This document shows positions 32,498-36,405 of a stretch of 36,405 bases of DNA, in pieces (within the stretch, counting starts at the first letter, position 1; each line of letters starts with the position of its first letter). The notes beneath the pieces are model-generated. The model worked only from the letters and a program-made list of their open reading frames with translations. It had not been told where the DNA came from and made no database searches. This stretch comes from Spirogloea muscicola (lineage: Eukaryota). The stretch spans positions 724,883-761,287 of the forward strand of contig WELB01000019.1 in the NCBI GenBank assembly GCA_009602725.1. Reading direction: 5' to 3'. A program made the translations under genes and the position numbers.

Positions 32498-34159
32498 CTC
32501 GGCTGCTGCGGCGGTGCCCGGACAGCGCAGGGCTTGGCTTGGGCCGGCAGCGCCGCCCGGCGGCCGAGCTGCGGGCTGGTGAGAGGCCGCCCCCCTTATG
32601 GTCGCCAGTCGCCGCCGGGCCCGGCGGCCGTCGCGGTGATGACCGCGCCTGCGCGGCCCTCGACGACGCGGCTTCGCCAGCGGCGAGCTCATCCGTCGCC
32701 CCGGGCTGCCAATGCAGGACCAGGCAGGCGGAGCGCCGTCTCCGGCGGGCCGCAGAGCCGCGCCCTCCGCGTGGCGCGGCGACCCCGGCGGCGTGCGGCG
32801 CGGCGGCGTCCTGGCCTACAGCGATGGCGGCAGCCTGCCGACGCAGGCGGACCTTGTGACCGGCGGCGCCGGCGTCGGCACAGTGCAGGAGTTTCGGAGC
32901 CTCCCGGACCTTGACTACCTCCAGGTCTGCAATGCTGGCCTCAAGTACTAATAGCCAATTCTTAATTGACAATTTGAGGTCAATAAATCAGCTCCGTTGT
33001 TGATGGTTGTGGCATCAAGATGGTACATAAGCCTAAGAAGTCAGTGGCCGGTGCCTTTCTAATCATACAATGTTTGTGCCCAAGCACAACGAATGCAGCT
33101 GTAGCATGCATCCAGGGCCCTGCTTCTGCGGAGCCTTGAAGTCCCTGCTGACTGACTTATGCAATTATCTTCGCTGTGCTGTCATGCTGCACAGGAGCTC
33201 CTCGCTATCCAGCAGGAAGGCCCGCGTGCAATCGGCTTCTTCGGGACCCGCAACATGGGCTTCACGCACCAGCAGTTCATCGAGATTCTCAGCTATGCCA
33301 TGGTCATCACGGTGAGCTGCCGCCTGCAGAGTGAGCAGAGCTGGCCAGACAGTGGCTCAGATGATACTAATATGATTTTTCGTGGGATGGCAAGGGGCTG
33401 ACCGCGCCCCCTGTCGTGCATGCGGGCCAGAAAAATCATATATTCACGTCTGGTGCTTCGGGCACAAACGCGGCGGTGATCCGAGGGGCGCTGCGGGGCG
33501 AGAAGCCGGACCTCCTAACGGTTATCCTTCCACAGAGCCTCAGCAAGCAGCCCCCCGAGAGCCAAGAGCTTCTTAGCAAGGTCAGCTTGTCCAAGCAAGG
33601 TCCCTGCCTGGCAACCGCCTGCCGACTGAAGAAGTGCTTCAGCAGTGCTCACAATGCAGGCCTGAATAGCTTGACTCCTGTCTGAACAGCGTGCGCTGCT
33701 TCATGGTGCTTTGTGCAGGTGAAGAATGTCAAGGAGATGCCACACAACGACCACTTGCCGCTCCTGGAAGCCAGCAGGTGCGTGGAGTTTTGGTACTATT
33801 CCTGCTGCCAGTCTTCGGGCAGTACTTTTTCTTGCTCTCATTGTGAGACCTGTATTATCACGTCATGCCCTGGGTTCAGTATAGTCCACAGTGTGGTTTC
33901 ATGGAGAGCTGTTGCCTGCTTTCACAGCTGCATGAAACCGCCCGCCCCCTCAGCATGCAGAGGCCTGCTTGCGGTATGCCAGATAGCAGTGGAATCTAAG
34001 GTCACTTGGATGCACATGACCAGGCTGTGCAACATGGACATCATCTCGCACGTGCAGCAGGTGATTTGCTTCGCCTTTCACGACAGCAAGCTGCTCATGG
34101 AGACATGCCGCGAGGCCAAGAACCTGCGTAAAGTCGTCACCTTGTTCTATCTGGACTAG
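32498..34159 (+). CDS. DprA/SMF-like (SLOG fold) conserved cyanobacterial/plastid protein; start in the N gap
   Basis: DYLQ|ELLAIQQEGPRAIGFFGTRNMGFTHQQFIEILSYAM|KNHIFTSGASGTNAAVIRGAL...LTVILPQSL..QPPESQELL|...LCNMDII..VQQVICFAFHDSKLLMETC...VTLFYLD*. Confidence 0.85.
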
Positions 34160-34529
34160 TCAGAAGAATGCGCAAGCATTCGTCCATCCCTTGGCTGCTC
34201 TTGCCAAGCGTCCTGCTGAAGGGCAAAGGTCTGACGGTCAGCCCATGGCCCAATGGTCGAGGTTTGCCGCGGCACCCAGCATGGCAAACGGTCTGTGAGC
34301 ACCTGCTAGAATGGCAAGGATCCACAGACACTCCAGCTTCAATGGCTGCTAGATGCGGTCAGTGCCTGGCTGCTGCTGTTTCTGCCTTCTCACCTCAAAA
34401 TTGTAGTGTAGGCCGCCAGGTCTGGTCTTGCGTACGTCAAGATCCCCAAGCAATCTTGCGGGATCTCCATCTTTATGCCGATCTGGTCATCCTAATTACG
34501 CTGTCATATTGATGCCTGCAGTAAGTTAG

Positions 34530-36312
34530 TCACTGCAGGCATGCCTCCCAGTTGTGGGAGCCGCTGAGGCTGGCACCGCTGGGCTTAGCAGCCCGGACAT
34601 TTTGGATGATATGCCGCCACCGCGCCCTCTCTGGGGCATCCTCCAAAGCTGTCGGCTTGAGCTGCCTGTGACAGCCATAATGTTGAGGATGACAGTTACT
34701 GAATCTGCGATGCACAGAAGGCAAGCACCACTCCACTGAGGTGCCCATTGCCACATACCTGCAAAGTGGGATGTGGCAGCTGTTCCCGCCGTCGTTGTCA
34801 ACGTTGCACATCCTTGCGTGCAACTCAAGGAGCTGCCACATACGGCGGCAGCTGGCACAGCAGCCATTCGCACACTTGCCACGGCACGCAACAAAGTAGC
34901 TGACGAGTGACTCCACACTCCGGCAGGCCGGGAGGTGACAGGCACGCCTGCCATTCTGCAGGCCCAGGCATCGGCCATTGGTGAAGACGTGCAGCAGTGC
35001 GTCCATTGCGGCCTTGAGCTGGGCATACGCCGCATGCTGCTCCTGAGGCTGCTTCGTGCAGAGGTCCCTGCGCTGCACCAGCGCCTGCAATTGGTGTGAT
35101 GCTTCAGTCGCTTCTTATGGAGTGCAAGAAATATGACCAGGCACATGACACGCAGAGCAGGTAAGAAGCTCAATCTTCATCATGTCTCATAGCACAGTGC
35201 AAATGCTTGACAAACACTCACAACACCAAGGGACTGGGCCTTATAGTTACAAACATCCAATGGAAGTCGTTCCTACATTCTGAGTGCCTTGGCAACATGA
35301 CATCCACATAACCATTGGTCTGAGTGGTCACAGCTGGAGAACCATCTTAAGGTTTGAGTATTGGTGGAAGGGGGGGCGGGGGAGAGATCGTAGGCAAGGA
35401 TTGTCGTGCTCACAGACTCGGAGTCAACAACAGCCTCCACAAGCTCCTGCTCGAGCTCGCTCCGGCACAGGCACATGACACGCCAGCCGTCCGTCGCCGA
35501 CACAACTGCAAAGTTGTCGACTATGAAGGCTTCACAGGCGGTGGCCAGCTCGCGGGCACTGCACAGCCGCGCCAGCTGCAGGGCGTCGATGGCGTTGCTG
35601 GCATCTAGAAGTCCCCCGCGGAGTTCGTCTGTGCACGCCTTTTTCAGTGTCGGAACCTGGTAAAGGTACGCTAGCGCCAGGAGTGCCAGGCAGTGGGCCT
35701 GCATGTCCTCGGCATCGTACCTGCGAGTCACCGGAGCTCGCATTGACACACGCTGGCCGCAATTGTCCAGAGAGAAGCCAAAGGGCATACTGTGCTAAGC
35801 TTTGACGCAACCCAGCTGCAATTCCTGCTGGCTTGCCGGTCCCTGACTTACTGATAGCTGTACAGGTAACGAATGAATGCGATCGCGGCCTCGTGGCGGA
35901 CGCCGCGGACCCGCCAGATCGGCCTGCCGCTGCAGCGCCGCGAGCGCGTCATCCGCTGCGCGAACACCGGCGAGCCCGCCGCCTGCATTGTCAGTGCGTC
36001 AAATAGAGGTTAGGGTTAGGGTTAGGGATCAGGAGATTCAGTGTTTAGGGCTTCAAGGCTTCAATGGCACTCTCAAAGGCTCCAAGTGGCTGCGGGCCAG
36101 CCAGCCGCAGCACGGCGTCTCCAGAGGGAAGGCCGGCGCGGCAGGCCCTCACCAGCACGCGGGCCTGCACCCACAGCACGCGGCCGTCGTCGGTGACGAC
36201 GGCCGCGTCGGTGGCCCAGCGCCCGGCGAAGGCAAGGCGCCACAGCGCGGGCGCCGCCGCAGGCACCAGCGCCAGGCCGTCCGGACGGTCCCGGAAGCCG
36301 CTGGCCGCGGCG
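34530..36312 (-). CDS. BTB/POZ and TAZ zinc-finger domain protein (BT family); start in the N gap
   Basis: BTB D...VTDDG.......VL|AAGSPVF...FIRYLYS; BACK-like LLALAYLYQVPTLKKAC...NAIDALQLARLC...F..V..TDGW; TAZ-like YAQLKAAMDALLH...CRRMWQLLELHARMC...CHIPLC. Confidence 0.88.
36008..36050 (+). repeat. Interstitial telomere-like repeats (TTAGGG)3 plus TTTAGGG in a BT intron
   Basis: ggttagggttagggttaggg at 36008-36027 and tttaggg at 36044-36050. Confidence 0.75.
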
Positions 36313-36405
36313 NNNNNNNNNNNNNNNNNNNNNNNNNNNNNNNNNNNNNNNNNNNNNNNNNNNNNNNNNNNNNNNNNNNNNNNNNNNNNNNNNNNNNNNN
36401 NNNNA

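Noticed and set aside
31308..32972. Long ORFs spanning N gaps (also 7143-8453)
   Set aside because: They are open only because N and homopolymer runs contain no stop codons.

Overview
Eukaryotic, intron-rich, gene-dense nuclear DNA from a green plant-lineage organism. Plant-type genes, short spliceosomal introns and GC-rich (GCC)n gene starts suggest a streptophyte alga; this is inferred, not proven. In order: 5' part of a GT47/exostosin glycosyltransferase (-), MAEA/GID9 CTLH E3 subunit (+), a degraded CRE-like non-LTR retrotransposon RLE fragment with a ~50-bp repeat family, a CREST-superfamily membrane protein (+), a long class-B HSF (+), PPD2 (-), a LAMMER/AFC kinase (-), a DUF3593 membrane protein (+), condensin SMC4 (-; frameshifted in the hinge), a bacterial AmiE-type aliphatic amidase with 7 introns (+), ICT1/ArfB (-), a DprA/SLOG-like protein (+) and a BTB-TAZ protein (-). 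N gaps and adjacent poly-T/A runs hide several 5' exons and are treated as assembly artefacts. The most notable signals are the inverted-pair repeat architecture around the RLE element, the intronized AmiE (HGT candidate), the disrupted SMC4 and two head-to-head ORFs sharing one CATG.
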